From: Lytechinus pictus
Taxonomy: Eukaryota
DNA: 64,000 nucleotides
Direction of reading: 5' to 3'
Assembly: GCF_037042905.1 (NCBI RefSeq)
Contig: NC_087252.1
Location: 18,292,001-18,356,000 of the forward strand
Shown: positions 1 to 13,709 of the stretch, in pieces
Layout of the letters: every line of letters starts with the position of its first letter
Position numbering within the stretch: the first letter of the stretch is position 1
Notes under the pieces: model-generated
Seen by the model: only the letters and a program-made list of their open reading frames with translations
What the model was told of the DNA's origin: nothing
The model's database searches: none
Made by a program: the position numbers and the translations under genes

Positions 1-2349
1 AAATGGATTTTTTAAATTCCGACGCCATTTTGATGATGTCATAATATAATTGAGGGTCAAATGAGACATGAAATTATATCTCTAGTTCATACTCTATCAA
101 AATATGAAAAAAAAATTGGGGGTCCCCATGCGTTCTGAAGAGCTACAGCGGATTTTCTATAGGCATGTTTTTGCCCATATATGGCCTATAGTGAGAGCTC
201 GCGCGCACACGTGCTGCAAACTTTAACGGGTGTTAATTTCCTTATTAATGGTCGTAGAAGGTTGATCAAGGTATCAAATTGCTCAAAATTATATGATCAA
301 TGCAATGAAATAAAAAAAAACGGTGTTTCTGAGTTGCATTGAGGCGTTACGCGCGGAAACGCGCGCGCATACGTTTGCGCGCGCAATTTTTTGAAATGCT
401 TAAAATGACCTAAAACGTACTCTGTTTTGGTCAAAAAGTGATTTTTAGCATTTTAAAATTTTGACGCGCGCGTACGCGCGCGTCGTGACCTTCAGGTGAC
501 CTTTGATGACATGACCTGATGACCCTTGATCTGAAGTTTATGTCATGTGAATTTGATTGATTTTTGATAATTGATAATGGAGATATGATTGATAATGTGA
601 TTTTACAAAATGGCGTCTAGATGACGTCATGATGACGTCATGACATTAAGATTCTTGCAGAATTGAGGTCTTATTGATGTTGATATGTGGTGATATTTTG
701 ATGATTATTGAATATGAACTTTCTGAGATTTGCTGTCCACAAGAAATGGAGGAAATAAAAATAAGAAATAATAAAAAATAAAGAAAGAAAATTCGGACAA
801 ACATAAGAGGTGATCTGTCATAGACAGACCACCTAATTACGTTTCATTTACTCAAAGTAGCCATTTCGGTTAGGGAACTGCAGCGGGCCCTGCATTTCCA
901 TGTATGTTATTACTACCCTTCTCCAATCTAAATGCTGAGCGCCAAGCAAGAAGGCAGAAGGTTCCATTCCTATATATATTTTTGTATGACTCTGTTGGGG
1001 ATCGAACCCACGGCCTCCCGTTCATGAGGCTGACGCTCTACCACTGATCAACATACCCGGTTTGCTTTTTAAACACGACCCTCATCAAGAACAAACTTTA
1101 ATACAGAAACATAATAATTAACACTAATTTGAGCAAGTCACTTATCATTTTTTTTTCAAATAAATTGTGTAGTATGTTGGTATTTTTATATCTTCTGTTG
1201 ATTGAGAATCCCTCTCGGCCATTTAAAAGGTTTTCTGCTCTTCAGGTGGTCCTGCATCCCCACCCCATACCTCAATATTTCGCTCTTCGCGTGTTGGATA
1301 GTGGAGCAGTCCAGATTCTCAACAAGAAATTTGGCGCTTCAACAAAATTAATTGAGAATGGCTGATCTAGAGTCATATGATTGCTCTTAACACAGTTCTT
1401 GTAAAAAATCGAATGTAAAGAATATTAATTGTAGAATACTAGTAGGTTCCAAATCAACATCTAGTTGATCAATGATCATGTTGATACAAGTATTTTTATG
1501 ATCATGGTGATTTTTAGGCATTACTCTTCCAAGAGCAAAGATGTTTTTTTAGGTCCAAAAACTAAATCGAAAAGATCGACAGGTTGCTGATCCTTATGCT
1601 TGTTTGTTGGATCAAGTATGACACAACACTTGTCAGAGGCTCTCTTCAAATTCATCTTTTGCACATATCAAAGTGGAGACACCCCATAACATCAACAGCC
1701 CTCATGTATTTAGGCCCTGACCGAATCCAAAATTGAAATTGATATACATGTACCAATCCAAAGCTTATTAAACTTCTAAACACTGCAGTGCAAGCTTTAT
1801 GCATTTTCACAGTTTACCAGATAAGCAATTACGTAGCTCCAAAATGGACTTTGAAAAAAGGTATTCATGTATTTTTCACAAGCCTCAAGACCGTGATGTC
1901 ATATTCTGTTAGAAGCATTGTGAATCCATAGGTTTGTGCATGGAAAAATTGATTTTTCTGCTTATCAGATTATGCATTGCATTTTACTTTCTTCTTTTCC
2001 ATCACTTTCTGCAAGCTTGAATTGATGAAATCTACAGCTTTGGACTTGTTCTTGCCATATTTTATTTCCTGCTTTTTTGGCATAGACATGTACATGTAGC
2101 TTTTCAACTCTATCTGCATTCCAATGTTTAACAATTTTTCCTGACAACAATATAGCCCCAATAACAGCCAAACAAAGATATCACAAAACATTGTGAAGAG
2201 TTGTAGGTTTATTCCATTTGAGTTCTGAATAATTCTCAGAGCCACTTTTCGCTGCAAATGGAAGCTAAAATTAAATTCATAATCTGCTCAGCAAAGTTTC
2301 TCATTTGCATACATGGATTATTCCACAGTATTTGCTTATATACTCACTC

Positions 2350-3150
2350 GTCCGTCCGTGATGAAATTAATGTCCGTCCGTGATCATTTTTGATTGATTT
2401 ATGATATGCATAAAATGTATGGATTTTAGCTATGTTCAAATAAAATGATGTACAGTGTCTAGTGAGATACTTCTACACACTTTTATTTCTGTTTCTATTC
2501 TGATAAAGAATAAAAAGCTGAATCCATAGATATTATCCTAATAAAAATTATCACGGACGGACATTAATTTCATCACGGACGGAAATCTTAAAATGGAAAT
2601 GTTAACATCTACCAAAAAAAGCTTATTTCCCATATTTTTTCCTACTAATTTATGTTTGATGATAGATTGATGTTCAGAGTGCAAGACCATTCAAAACAAA
2701 TTGGAGTAACGTTGAAAACAATCAAACTAGAGTGAATTGAATTTGAGTGAATTAACTTTGTCCGTCCGTGATGAAATTAATGTCCGTCCGTGATCATTTT
2801 CGATTGAGTTTATGATATGGATAAAATGTATGGATTTCAGCTATGTTCAACTAAAATGATGTACAGTGTTTAGAGAGATACCTCTACACCTTTTTATTTT
2901 TTATTTCTATTCCGATAAAGAATAAAAAAACTTTTCATCTTTTTTTTCATCACGGACGGAAATTTCAAAATGAAAATGTTAACACCTACAAAAAAAAATT
3001 ACTTCCCGATATTTTTTTTCTCCTACTTTATGTCTGATAATAGAGTAATGTTCAGAGTGCAAGAACATCCAAACCAAGTTAGAGTAACTTTAAAAACAAT
3101 AAAACTAGAGTGAATTTAATTTGAGTAGAAATGTCCGTCCGTGATGAAAG
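2350..3150. repeat. Two ~410-bp tandem units with inverted TCCGTCCGTGAT / ATCACGGACGGA motifs (probable DNA-transposon relic)
   Basis: tccgtccgtgatgaaattaatgtccgtccgtgat at ~2351 and ~2761; its reverse complement at ~2549; single motifs at ~2949 and ~3133. Confidence 0.75.
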
Positions 3151-3324
3151 GTCACAGCACCCCCATGAATGAAATGGACTATTCCGGTACTTTCGGAATC
3201 ATCAATCTTCATGAAACTAAGTTTTTTTTTAACCTGAGATATCAAAGATTATTTTAAAAGCAAATTTGATAGAAATACCTTTAAAAAAAATTTTCACCTC
3301 AATGCTAACCCTTAACCGATCATG

Positions 3325-4720
3325 CTCACTAGCACCTTAATATGCCCAAAAGAATTTTGAATAAAATTTGCTTTTCCTACTTTTCTCTTTTCGCTCTATC
3401 CCCCCTCAGACATTTCAATCCCCCTGTCCGCTGCTTATATACCCCCAAAAGAAAACCCCTTTTCTCGCCCTCCGGGCCAACACGAATGATTAGAATCTTG
3501 GCTTGTTCATCACTCTATACTAGCACCTTGATATGCCCAACAACTTTTCAATATTGCTTTATTCTGTATTTTCATGAAGCTTGTCACTCTATACTAGCAC
3601 CTTAATATGCCCAACAATTTTTATATATTGCTTTATTCCGTATTTTCATGAAATTTGTCACTCTATACTAGCACCTTAATATGCCCAAAAGAATTTTGAA
3701 TAAAATATGCCTTTCCTACTTTTCTCTTTTCGCTCTATCCCCTCTCAGACATTTCAATCCCCCTGTCCGCTGCTTATATACCCCCAAAAGAAAACCCCTT
3801 TTCTCGCCCTCCGGGCCAACACGAATTATGAGAATCTTGGCTTGTTCATCACTCTATACTAGCACCTTAATATGCCCAACAACTTTTCAATATTGCTTTA
3901 TTCCGTATTTTCATGAAGCTTGTCACTCTATACTAGCACCTTAATATGCCCAAAAGAATTTTGAATAAAATTTGCTTTCCTACTTTTCTCTTTTCGCTCT
4001 ATCCCCCCTCAGACATTTCAATCCCCCTGTCCGCTGCTTATATACCCCCAAAAGAAAACCCCTTTTCTCGCCCTCCGGGCCAACACGAATTATTAGAATA
4101 TTGGCTTGTTCATCACTCTATACTAGCACCTTAATATGCCCAACAACTCTTCAATATTGCTTTATTCCGTATTTTCATAAAGCTTGTCACTCTATACTAG
4201 CACCTTAATATGCCCAAAAGAATTTTGAATAAAATTTGCTTTTCCTACTTTTCTCTTTCGCTCTATCCCCCCTCAGACATTTCAATCCCCCTGTCCGCTG
4301 CTTATATACCCCCAAAAGAAAACCCCTTTTCTCGCCCTCCGGGCCAACACGAATTATTAGAATCTTGGCTTGTTCATCACTCTATACTAGCACCTTAATA
4401 TGCCCAACAACTCTTCAATATTGCTTTATTCCGTATTTTCATGAAGCTTGTCACTCTATACTAGCACCTTAATATGCCCAACAACTTTTATATATTGCTT
4501 TATTCCGTATATTTATGAAGTTTGTCACTTTATACTAGCACCTTAATATACCCACAGAATATTAAATTGTGTTCAAAATTTTCTATATCGCTTTATTCTG
4601 TATTTTGATAAGTTTGTCACTTTATACCAGCACCTTAATATGCCAACATTTCTGTATTGCTTTATTATGTATATTTTGTATTCAGTCACTCTATACTGCA
4701 TCAAATTAATACGGACTAAA
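3325..4720. repeat. Complex minisatellite built on the core CACTCTATACTAGCACCTTAATATGCCCA (~75-bp and ~190-bp subunits, ~264-bp higher-order unit)
   Basis: The core recurs 12 or more times; near-identical repeated ORFs at 3342, 3681, 3946 and 4210 reflect the period. Confidence 0.92.
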
Positions 4721-7700
4721 GCAATAGAGAATTAAGAATCTTGGCTCGATCATCACTTAGTACTTTATGCCCACAAACTTTTCTTTATTCCGTATTTTGG
4801 TAAAGCTTGTCACTCTTTATTAGCACCTTAATAATTATGCCCCCCCCCCAAAAAAAAAATATATATATATATTATTGCGTTTCAACTTTACTATATCGGT
4901 TTTTACGTATTTTGTTGAAGTTTTTATACTAACACCCTAATATGCCTCCCATTTTTGTTGCCTTACTTTTCCTTCGCTCTACCCCCCGCCCAGCCAGACA
5001 TTTCAAACCCAGAACACCACTTTTCCCGCCCTCCGGTCAATAGTAATTATTAGAATCTCGGTTGATTCGTCCCTATGCTCACCAAGTTTTCTCTATAAGC
5101 TTTATCCCGTATTTAGTGAAGTTTGTCACTATACTAGCACCTTAATCAATTTGCCCATCAAAAAATTCAAATTGCGTTTTAACATATGTTTTTCCTTTAT
5201 TCCGTATTTTGTAGCTAATCACCTTTGGAATATACATCTGTACCATTAAAAATTCGTCTTGCTCTTTCTTGAGGAAAATAAAAATAAGCTAACATTGACA
5301 AAATCCATTTATGATAGAGTGACGATGGAAGAGTAGAAAAGATACGCAAAAATGTTGGACATAATAAGATGCCCTATATAGAGTTTAACAATTACGGAAT
5401 AAAGCAATATTGCGAAGGAGGAAAATTAAGAAACAACATAAAAATACAGCATAAAGTGAAAATTCATGAATAAATAAAATCATGAACAGATGAAAAAAAG
5501 AAAAAAAACACAGAGACACGTAATAAAGCAATATACACCATAAAGAATGAAGACTATAAACAAACATAACAAATTTATTTATTTATTTAAATATCTTTAT
5601 ACAGGATAACAAGCTCAGATTCACTGTTTTTAAACATGGTCCTGTTAAAATGAAATAACAATATATACAAAAAGATAAAAGTGTAACTTAGGTTCTATAC
5701 AAATAGTGAATGAATTCGATATCAATAACATTAAAATCAGAATCATCACTAGTAAAACAATTGTATAAAAATAACATATTCAATTTTTGAGGAATCAATT
5801 AAATGAGAACATTTCTCTCTTGCTGTATTCCATATTTCAAGAAATTTGGGCCTGTATACTAGCATCTTAATATGCCTACTAACTTTTCTATATTGCTTTA
5901 TTCCGTATATTTATGAAGTTTGTTACTCTATACTAGCACCTTAATATACCCACAGAAAATTAAATTGTGTTCAAAATTTTCTATATCGCTTTATTCCGTA
6001 TTTTGATAAGTTTGTCACTTTATACCAGCACCTTAATATGCCAACATTTCTGTATTGCTTTATTCTGTATATTTTTTATGCAGTCACTCTATACTGCATC
6101 AAATTGATACGGACTAAAGCAATAGAGAATTAAGAATCTTGGCTCGATCATCACTTAGTACTTTATGCCCACAAACTTTTCTTTATAACTTTATTCCGTA
6201 TTTTGGTGAAGCTTAATTGTCACTCTTTATTAGCACCTAAATAATTATGCCCCCCCCCCCAAAAAAAAAATATATATTATTGCGTTTCAACTTTACTATA
6301 TCGGTTTTTACGTATTTTGTTGAAGATTTTATACTAACACCCGAATATGCCTCCCATTTTTGTTGCCTTATATACTTTTCCTTCGCTCTACCCCCCGCCC
6401 AGCCAGACATTTCAAACCTAGAACACCACTTTTCCCGCCCTCCGGTCAATAGTAATTATTAGAATCTCGGTTGATTCGTCCCTATGCTCACCAAATTTTC
6501 TCTATAAGCTTTATCCCGTATTTAGCGAAGTTTGTCACTATACTAGCACCTTAATCAATTTGCCCATCAAAAAATTCAAATTGCGTTTTAACATATGTTT
6601 TTCCTTTATTCCATATATTTGCAGCTAATCACCTTTGAAATATACATCTGTACCATTAAAAGTTCGTCTTGCTCTTTCTTGAGGAAAATAAAAATAAGCT
6701 AACATTGACAAAATCCATTTATGATAGGGTGACGATGGAAGAGTAGAAAAGATACGCAAAAATGTTGGACATAATAAAATGCCCTATATAGAGTTTAACA
6801 ATTACGGAATAAAGCAATATTGCGAAGGAGGAAAATTGAGAAACAACATAAAAATACAGCATAAAGTGAAAATTCATGAATAAATAAAATCATGAACAGA
6901 TGAAAAAAAGAAAACAAAAGACACAGAGACACGTAATAAAGCAATATACACCATAAAGAATGAAGACTATAAACAAACATAACAAATTTATTTATTTATT
7001 TAAATATCTTTATACAGGATAACAAGCTCAGATTCACTGTTTTTAAACATGGTCCTGTTAAAATGAAATAACAATATATACAAAAAGATAAAAGTGTAAC
7101 TTAGGTTCTATACAAATAGTGAATGAATTCGATATCAATAACATTAAAATCAGAATCATCACTAGTAAAACAATTGTATAAAAATAACATATTCAATTTT
7201 CGAGGAATCAATTAAATGAGAACATTTCTCTCTTGCTTTATTCCATATTTCAAGAAATTTGGGCCTGTATATTAGCAACTTAATATGCCCACCAACTTTT
7301 CTATATTGATTTATTCCGTATATTTATGAAGTTTGTCACTCTATACTAGCACCTTAATATACCCACAGAAAATTAAATTGTGTTCAAAATTTTCTATATC
7401 GCTTTATTCCGTATTTTGATAAGTTTGTCACTTTATACCAGCACCTTAATATGCCAACATTTCTGTATTGCTTTATTCTGTATATTTTTTATGCAGTCAC
7501 TCTATACTGCATCAAATTGATACGGACTAAAGCAATAGAGAATTGAGAATCTTGGCTCGATCATCACTAAGTACTTTATGCCCACAAACTTTTCTTTATA
7601 ACTTTATTCCGTATTTTGGTGAAGCTTAATTGTCACTCTTTATTAGCACCTAAATAATTATGCCCCCCCCCCCCCAAAAAAAAAAATATATATATATATA

Positions 7701-8320
7701 TTATTGCGTTTCAACTTTACTATATCGGTTTTTACGTATTGTGTTGAAGATTTTATACTAACACCCTAATATGCCTCCCATTTTTGTTGCCTTATATACT
7801 TTTCCATTCTCTCTACCCCCCGCCCAGCCAGACATTTCAAACCCAGAACACCACTTTTCCCGCCCTCCGGTCAATAGTAATTATTAGAATCTCGGTTGAT
7901 TCGTCCCTATGCTCACCAAGTTTTCTCTATAAGCTTTATCCCGTATTTAGTGAAGTTTGTCACTATACTAGCACCTTAATCAATTTGCCCATCAAAAAAT
8001 TCTAATTGCGTTTTAACATATGTTTTTCCTTTATTCCGTATATTTGCAGCTAATCACCTTTGAAATATACATCTGTACCATTAAAAGTTCGTCTTGCTCT
8101 TTCTTGAGGAAAAATAAAAATAAGCTAACATTGACAAAATCCATTTATGATAGGGTGACGATGGAAGAGTAGAAAAGATACGCAAAAATGTTGGACATAA
8201 TAAAATGCCCTATATAGAGTTTAACAATTATGGAATAAAGCAATAACGCGAAGGAGGAAAATTAAGAAACAACATAAAAATACAGCATAAAGTGAAAGTT
8301 CATGAATATATAAAATCATG
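4470..8320. repeat. ~1.41-kb tandem duplication, about 2.7 copies
   Basis: Marker gagtttaacaatta at 5381, 6791 and ~8217; copies are near-identical and contain degenerate cores of the upstream minisatellite. Confidence 0.92.
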
Positions 8321-9782
8321 CATAAAAGTTTATGCATTATGTGCGAGATGCGGCAAGACACATCTTAATGTCAGTGGGGCACGATTGACATGGAGGGCGC
8401 AACTTTTCGCAGAGGATTAGAGTGAGGATTGTTTGAGAGGATTAGAGTGAAGAAAGAAAGGTTTAATGAGAGAGATGATTGATGAGCTTGCCGGGCGAAA
8501 AAAAAATGAGGAAATTTGTTGACTTGGAATATTTTGGCGGAAGGAGTGAAGGAGGTTAAAATTCAATATAACGGGGCATTTATATATAACCAAGAAGGAT
8601 AACGCAAAAGTGAGTATATGAAATTATTTACAATTTCTTGTGCATACTTTTTTTTTCAATTTTGCCGTGCCTACCAAAATGCCACATTTATTTGAAAATA
8701 TCTGAGAAGATCGTATATTGGCGGACCGATAGCGACATGAGGTTTGCTGTAGAGGGGATAACTTGGGAGTTTAGAATGAAAAAAAGGAAGCTATATATAT
8801 GTTAAAATAAAGTTTTAGGCCTACACGCCGACTACGAACATCAAGTGCAAACTAGCTGCGTGAGTTTTTTGTTCCATGTTTAGGCCCCCTGTTGCCTAAA
8901 CAGAGAAATGTTCCGGGTGTTATTTCAGGTGACTCAATATACTCAATAGTAAACGCACATCGTGTTAAAATACATAGCGATAATATAAACGAAGTGAAAA
9001 AAATAACAAAATCCTGTTTGGAATTATTGGTACCATTATCTATAGCCCCTGGATTCTTAAATATATATATTTTCTAATGAATTAAATCACTGATCGTTGA
9101 TTCCCTGGCCTGCTAACTGCCGCCGGGGAAACCTCCGTACGACTTGAGCGCTAAACCAGTTTCGGCTGTCAGCTCATCTCATGTGGCGTGCTGACTACGA
9201 TGCTGGACTGCAGATCAAAAGGTTCGAGTTCGATACCCATCAAGGACAGAAAAAATTAGGTTAGTAAAACAGTGTTATGTAATATAATACGAAATGAAAT
9301 GCATAGTATGATGAATAAATTGGATGGAATGAATGAATGAGGAATAAATCTACCCACCATGTATCATACAGAAAACACACAACGAAAATACGATGCACAT
9401 AGTATTTTATTGAAAACCCGCCGATTTCATATATTTTAGTGCCCCTTCACCCCCCCCCCCCATCCCTAATCCCCGCCCCTCTCTCGCATTCAGCTGAAAT
9501 ACCCATTAACACGCCACTTCACTGAACGCCGATATCCCGCTGACTGAGCTTTGTTATTGTGCGGTCATGTGTGACACCGGTCGCACATGCTCTTACGCAC
9601 GTCTAGCGATAAGAATTTTCACTGGGCTGAGCAGTTTTAATGGCGCTTGGGCACAATAGCGAATTTGGCCACTTATTCTGTTTTGGCCTGAAATGGAACA
9701 ATAACATTGTCATTAACAAAACAGGAAAATGATAAATTTAAAAGGAAAAAATAGTGACTTACTTCGGCTGTCGCCCAACTAG

Positions 9783-10236
9783 CAGTAGAGGCGCACGGCT
9801 AATAATAAATATGGGACACTCTCTCCAATAGGGGAGACAATCTCCCACATTGGAGACTTGCTTTGCAAAAGGACAAAAGAAACAACACCAACAAAAGCAT
9901 GATTTTTTCCACCCAAAATTTTGTCTCACTGAGGTCAGAAGCCCATTTGTTTTGTGTGTGATTGACAACAAAAATCCTTATCAAAACAAAAGTAGATGGT
10001 GAATTTTTAAAGTAGACGGTGAAAAGGGGTAATTTTTCATGAGGAATCTCCTTATTACATTTTTATTTGCCGCCAAGGTAATCCTTTTGCAGCAAATGTA
10101 AACAAAGGAAATTGGTCTCCAAAACTGGAGACTGTCTCTGAAATTGGATACCCAAATTCTTTACAAAAGTCTCTGATATTGGAGATAATCTCCCACATTG
10201 GAGACAGTCTCCAATATTGGCCGTGCGCCTCTACTG
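9783..10236. mobile_element. Non-autonomous TIR element with 5-bp TSD (hAT5-like)
   Basis: TIR CAGTAGAGGCGCACGGC / GCCGTGCGCCTCTACTG; ACTAG on both flanks; subterminal GGAGAC..TCTCC repeats. Confidence 0.85.
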
Positions 10237-10847
10237 ACTAGCAACTCCCACTTCCCTGGTTTATCTGAACTTAATAATAATATGATCATTGTCTTAGGTA
10301 TGTGACAAAAAAAATAAAAATCATGGGATTACATTGTAACCTAGTCCATTGGAAAGGGCTGAAAAAAACATTTAAAATGGTATATTAACCATTACTCTAG
10401 GCCAAATATTAAGAGAGTAATGATTTTTTAAATATTAAAAATATGATTTAATTATTGCCATTGTCTTACCATTGCGACCATTCAAAATGTGTGACCGACC
10501 GTGACCAAAAAAATGTTTTTTACAAAATCAGCTAGGGCATAAATTAATCGATGGCCAGGCCGTCGATGCCCCTAAACCTTAGTTTTTACTACAACAACTA
10601 GATGGCTCCATAACTTATCATGATGATATTAGTGTGGTACAGGCTATAACTGGCCGTGATGCCTTTACAAAAAATGATCAATTCACGGCCAAAAAGGCCA
10701 TGCCCTTTTTTTCTGACTGGCTGACGTGCCCTTTTTTCAAAACTGGTCATGCCCTTTCTCATACTCAGTTTAACTAAGATTAAAGTTTACAATGTTCTCC
10801 CATATTTCACAAGCCAAAATACAGAAGAGAGAGAAAAAAAACCAAGT

Positions 10848-13335
10848 TAAAGGGGAATGAAACCCTTGGAACAAGTGGGCTTGTGTGGAAAGAGAAAATC
10901 AAAGAATAAGATCAAAGAAAGTTTGAGAAAAATTGGACAAGTAGAAAGTTATGAGTATTTGAATATTGCGATCACTAATGCTATGGAGATCCTCCTATTG
11001 GCAATGCGACAGATATGTGTGATGTCACTTGTGAACAACTTTCCCTTTGATGGACTATAAAAATACCCCCCAAATGTCTCTTTTTGCTTTCTTATGGTGA
11101 TACAAACTCTTCATCCATAATATATTCTTTGAAATTCTGTATTACAAGCCTTCCTATAGAAAGAATTTAATGATCTACTGATAGATGTGATAAAAGAGGC
11201 GTAAAGTGAAATATACACAACAAAAAAAGTAAGTCCCCCCTTAAACAAACATCAATAATTTCCGAACCAATGCGAGTTTTTAATATATTTTTACATGAGC
11301 ATGTAGGTAATTTTATAAGCTACCCTCTGAGTATTAACGTTATGGACGTATTTCACTTCATGCTTCAGTGAGCACCGTCAAAAGGCAAAAATGTCATTTT
11401 TCAAAAGTCACAAGCGAAATATCATGACTTTGATTCCATTTTACTGAACTAATTCCACATTCTCATCATAAAAAATAGTCAGAAGGCTTGTAAAAGGTAC
11501 TCTGTAAAAGACGATACAATTTTTTTGGCTAAATTTCACGGTTGAATAAACACAAGTCCAAATTTTTTACACATTTATATCAAGAAAAATTATAGAATAT
11601 GATGACAGTTATTTTTGGAAGAGTTTCTTCAACAATATTCATCGTTTCACGGTTCAATGAATATTTATTGAAAACAAAAAATACGATTTTCAAATATCAT
11701 AGGCAAGTATTGGTTCATTTTGGGAACTGAAAAGGATCTTTTCTCAACTTTTTCGTTATGTTCATGACCAATTAACATGCTTCAATGATTCAAAGGCCTT
11801 CAATTAAATATCCACACTTGAATGAACATGTGGAATGCGATTAGCTCTTTTGTACGTTATTGGAAAAAATGCACTTTGTTACTGTGGATATCTGTCACAA
11901 ACCACCTTGCATAGTTCATTTGATTTGATTTTTATGAAAATCCGGATGTTTGAATGCATCAGTGAGCACACAATATTAAAAAATTATGCAAATGAGAAGA
12001 AAGTTCAAGGCCTTGGCCCCACTCTGTGTCGTATCGAATGGTTATTTTGGTGTGCGCGCCTTTTGGATAGTGTTACTCTGAAGCCGTGTACGAAGTTTCA
12101 TGAAATAACTATTGGCAGAAGTAACAAAACCGTCCATGAAACAAACCCTCATTTCATATTTGTTAAAATTTTGACTTCCTCTCTCATAGACTTGTGTACG
12201 TTATGATTGCACATGTTTAAGAATAAGTAACCCCTTATTCAATATGGTGGAACTTTTTTTCACCGCTGTCTTTAGCAATATCATTTGGCAGTAATGTTAA
12301 TCAACCTATGGACAGAATTCTGTGCAAAAATGAAATCGATTTGTTTATTTATGGATGAGTGAGCATGCATCAAAGTGGGAAAATTGGTATTTTCAATGTC
12401 ACAGACTCATTTTAAAGGGTAATAAAGTGAATATTGGGGCAAATTCGGTTTCAAATAAGACTTTAATTGCTATTGTTTTTATCATCCATCATGTCTATCA
12501 CCACCACACACTTTCCGAACTTTAAACATTTTCATGGTTGAGCGAGCACATTCAAAAACTTAGGAATGAATACTCTTTATACTGCATAAATGTATTCTTT
12601 TCCTAACAATTCCTCATGATCAGTTTAATTTATGGACAAATTAGTGGTGGGTCCAGAATTTTTAAATGGGGGAGGGGCCTATAATCGGGGGAGCCACCAA
12701 TATTTTCAAATTTTAACATGATCTAACAAAATGTAGAGGATACTACCATAAACCCTATGATGATACGTCACAATACAGGGGGGGGGGGGGCTGACCATGC
12801 AAAAAATCACAATCGTATGGTCATTTTTACATTTTTGTACATGCTTTTGGAAAAAAGTGGGGGGGGGGACGGAAGCTCCCCGCCCAGCCCCCCCCCCCGC
12901 TTCCGCGGCCCCTGCAATACATTGTGCTCACTCAACCATGAACATATGATATCAAAATTGTGTGTGGAGTGTCTAAATGATGGATAGTAAAACAGCATAA
13001 CACCATAAAATTCACCTAAAGACAACATTTGCCCAACTTTTTTTTGCACAATCTGAAAAACGACTCTTGTGACATTAAAAAATTGTCATTTTTAATTCAA
13101 TCTTTAATTACTCATGCATGACTTATCCGATCAATCTTATTTTTCCCCAGGAGTTGCTTAATGAGTGTAGAAAACTACCTACGGAATATCATATCTCAAA
13201 ATAATTCCGTTCAAAAGTTACAGCAATTTGATTAAGGGGGGACTTACTTTTTTTGTTGTGTACAGTGTATATATACAAAAGCAGTGGAAAAGTTGTTCCC
13301 ACGCGATATCACACATCTTTGTCGCATTGCCAACA
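10848..13335. mobile_element. Kolobok-like palindromic MITE interrupted by a ~2-kb TA-inserted TIR element, which itself contains a G/C-run mini-element
   Basis: Host left part 10848-11213 matches the intact copy at 21856 and resumes at ~13270. Inner TIRs are TACACAACAAAAAAAGTAAGTCCCCCCTTAA (~11214) and its reverse complement (~13232-13262). Third insert at ~12642-12914. Confidence 0.8.
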
Positions 13336-13709
13336 AGTTTTTATAATTACATGTATATGGATTCTCAGATTAATGATTTGGTGATGTAGTCGGAGGAGCA
13401 AGTTATTGAGTTTTCATTACGAGATCGGTCTAGTTGTTTAAGCTTTTGTTTTGAGTCTTCTTGTTATCTATGCGAACACGAGTCGTGTTCGCATCGATAA
13501 CAAGAAGAAACGACAATGGGAAGAGAGATGCCTAGCCTTTGTAGGTGTGATGCCGCGATGCTTCACCTAATTTTTAAGTTTGACAATGTTCCACTTTGAA
13601 ATTTTATTCGTTTCTAAAACATTTTAGTTTTCTAACACTTTTTAAATATATTTAAAAAAAAAAACTATCAGTACGATTTTTGTTAGATTTTGTTTTGTTT
13701 GCTTGAAGT

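Noticed and set aside
809..833. Short hairpin GGTGATCTGTC-ATA-GACAGACCACC as a terminator
   Set aside because: Eukaryotic context; more likely the end structure of a repeat that extends beyond the window start.
3342..4472. Repeated 62-87 aa ORFs (MPKRILNKIC...)
   Set aside because: They are translations of the satellite unit, frameshifted between copies, with no splice or homology support.
3325..4720. CRISPR-like pattern: ~29-bp conserved repeat with intervening sequence
   Set aside because: The spacers are themselves repeated in two length classes, there are no cas genes, and the context is eukaryotic. It is a minisatellite.
9165..9250. tRNA-like sequence with GGTTCGA; similar cases at ~990-1045 and 51395-51470
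   Set aside because: No consistent cloverleaf or acceptor stem; most likely SINE heads.
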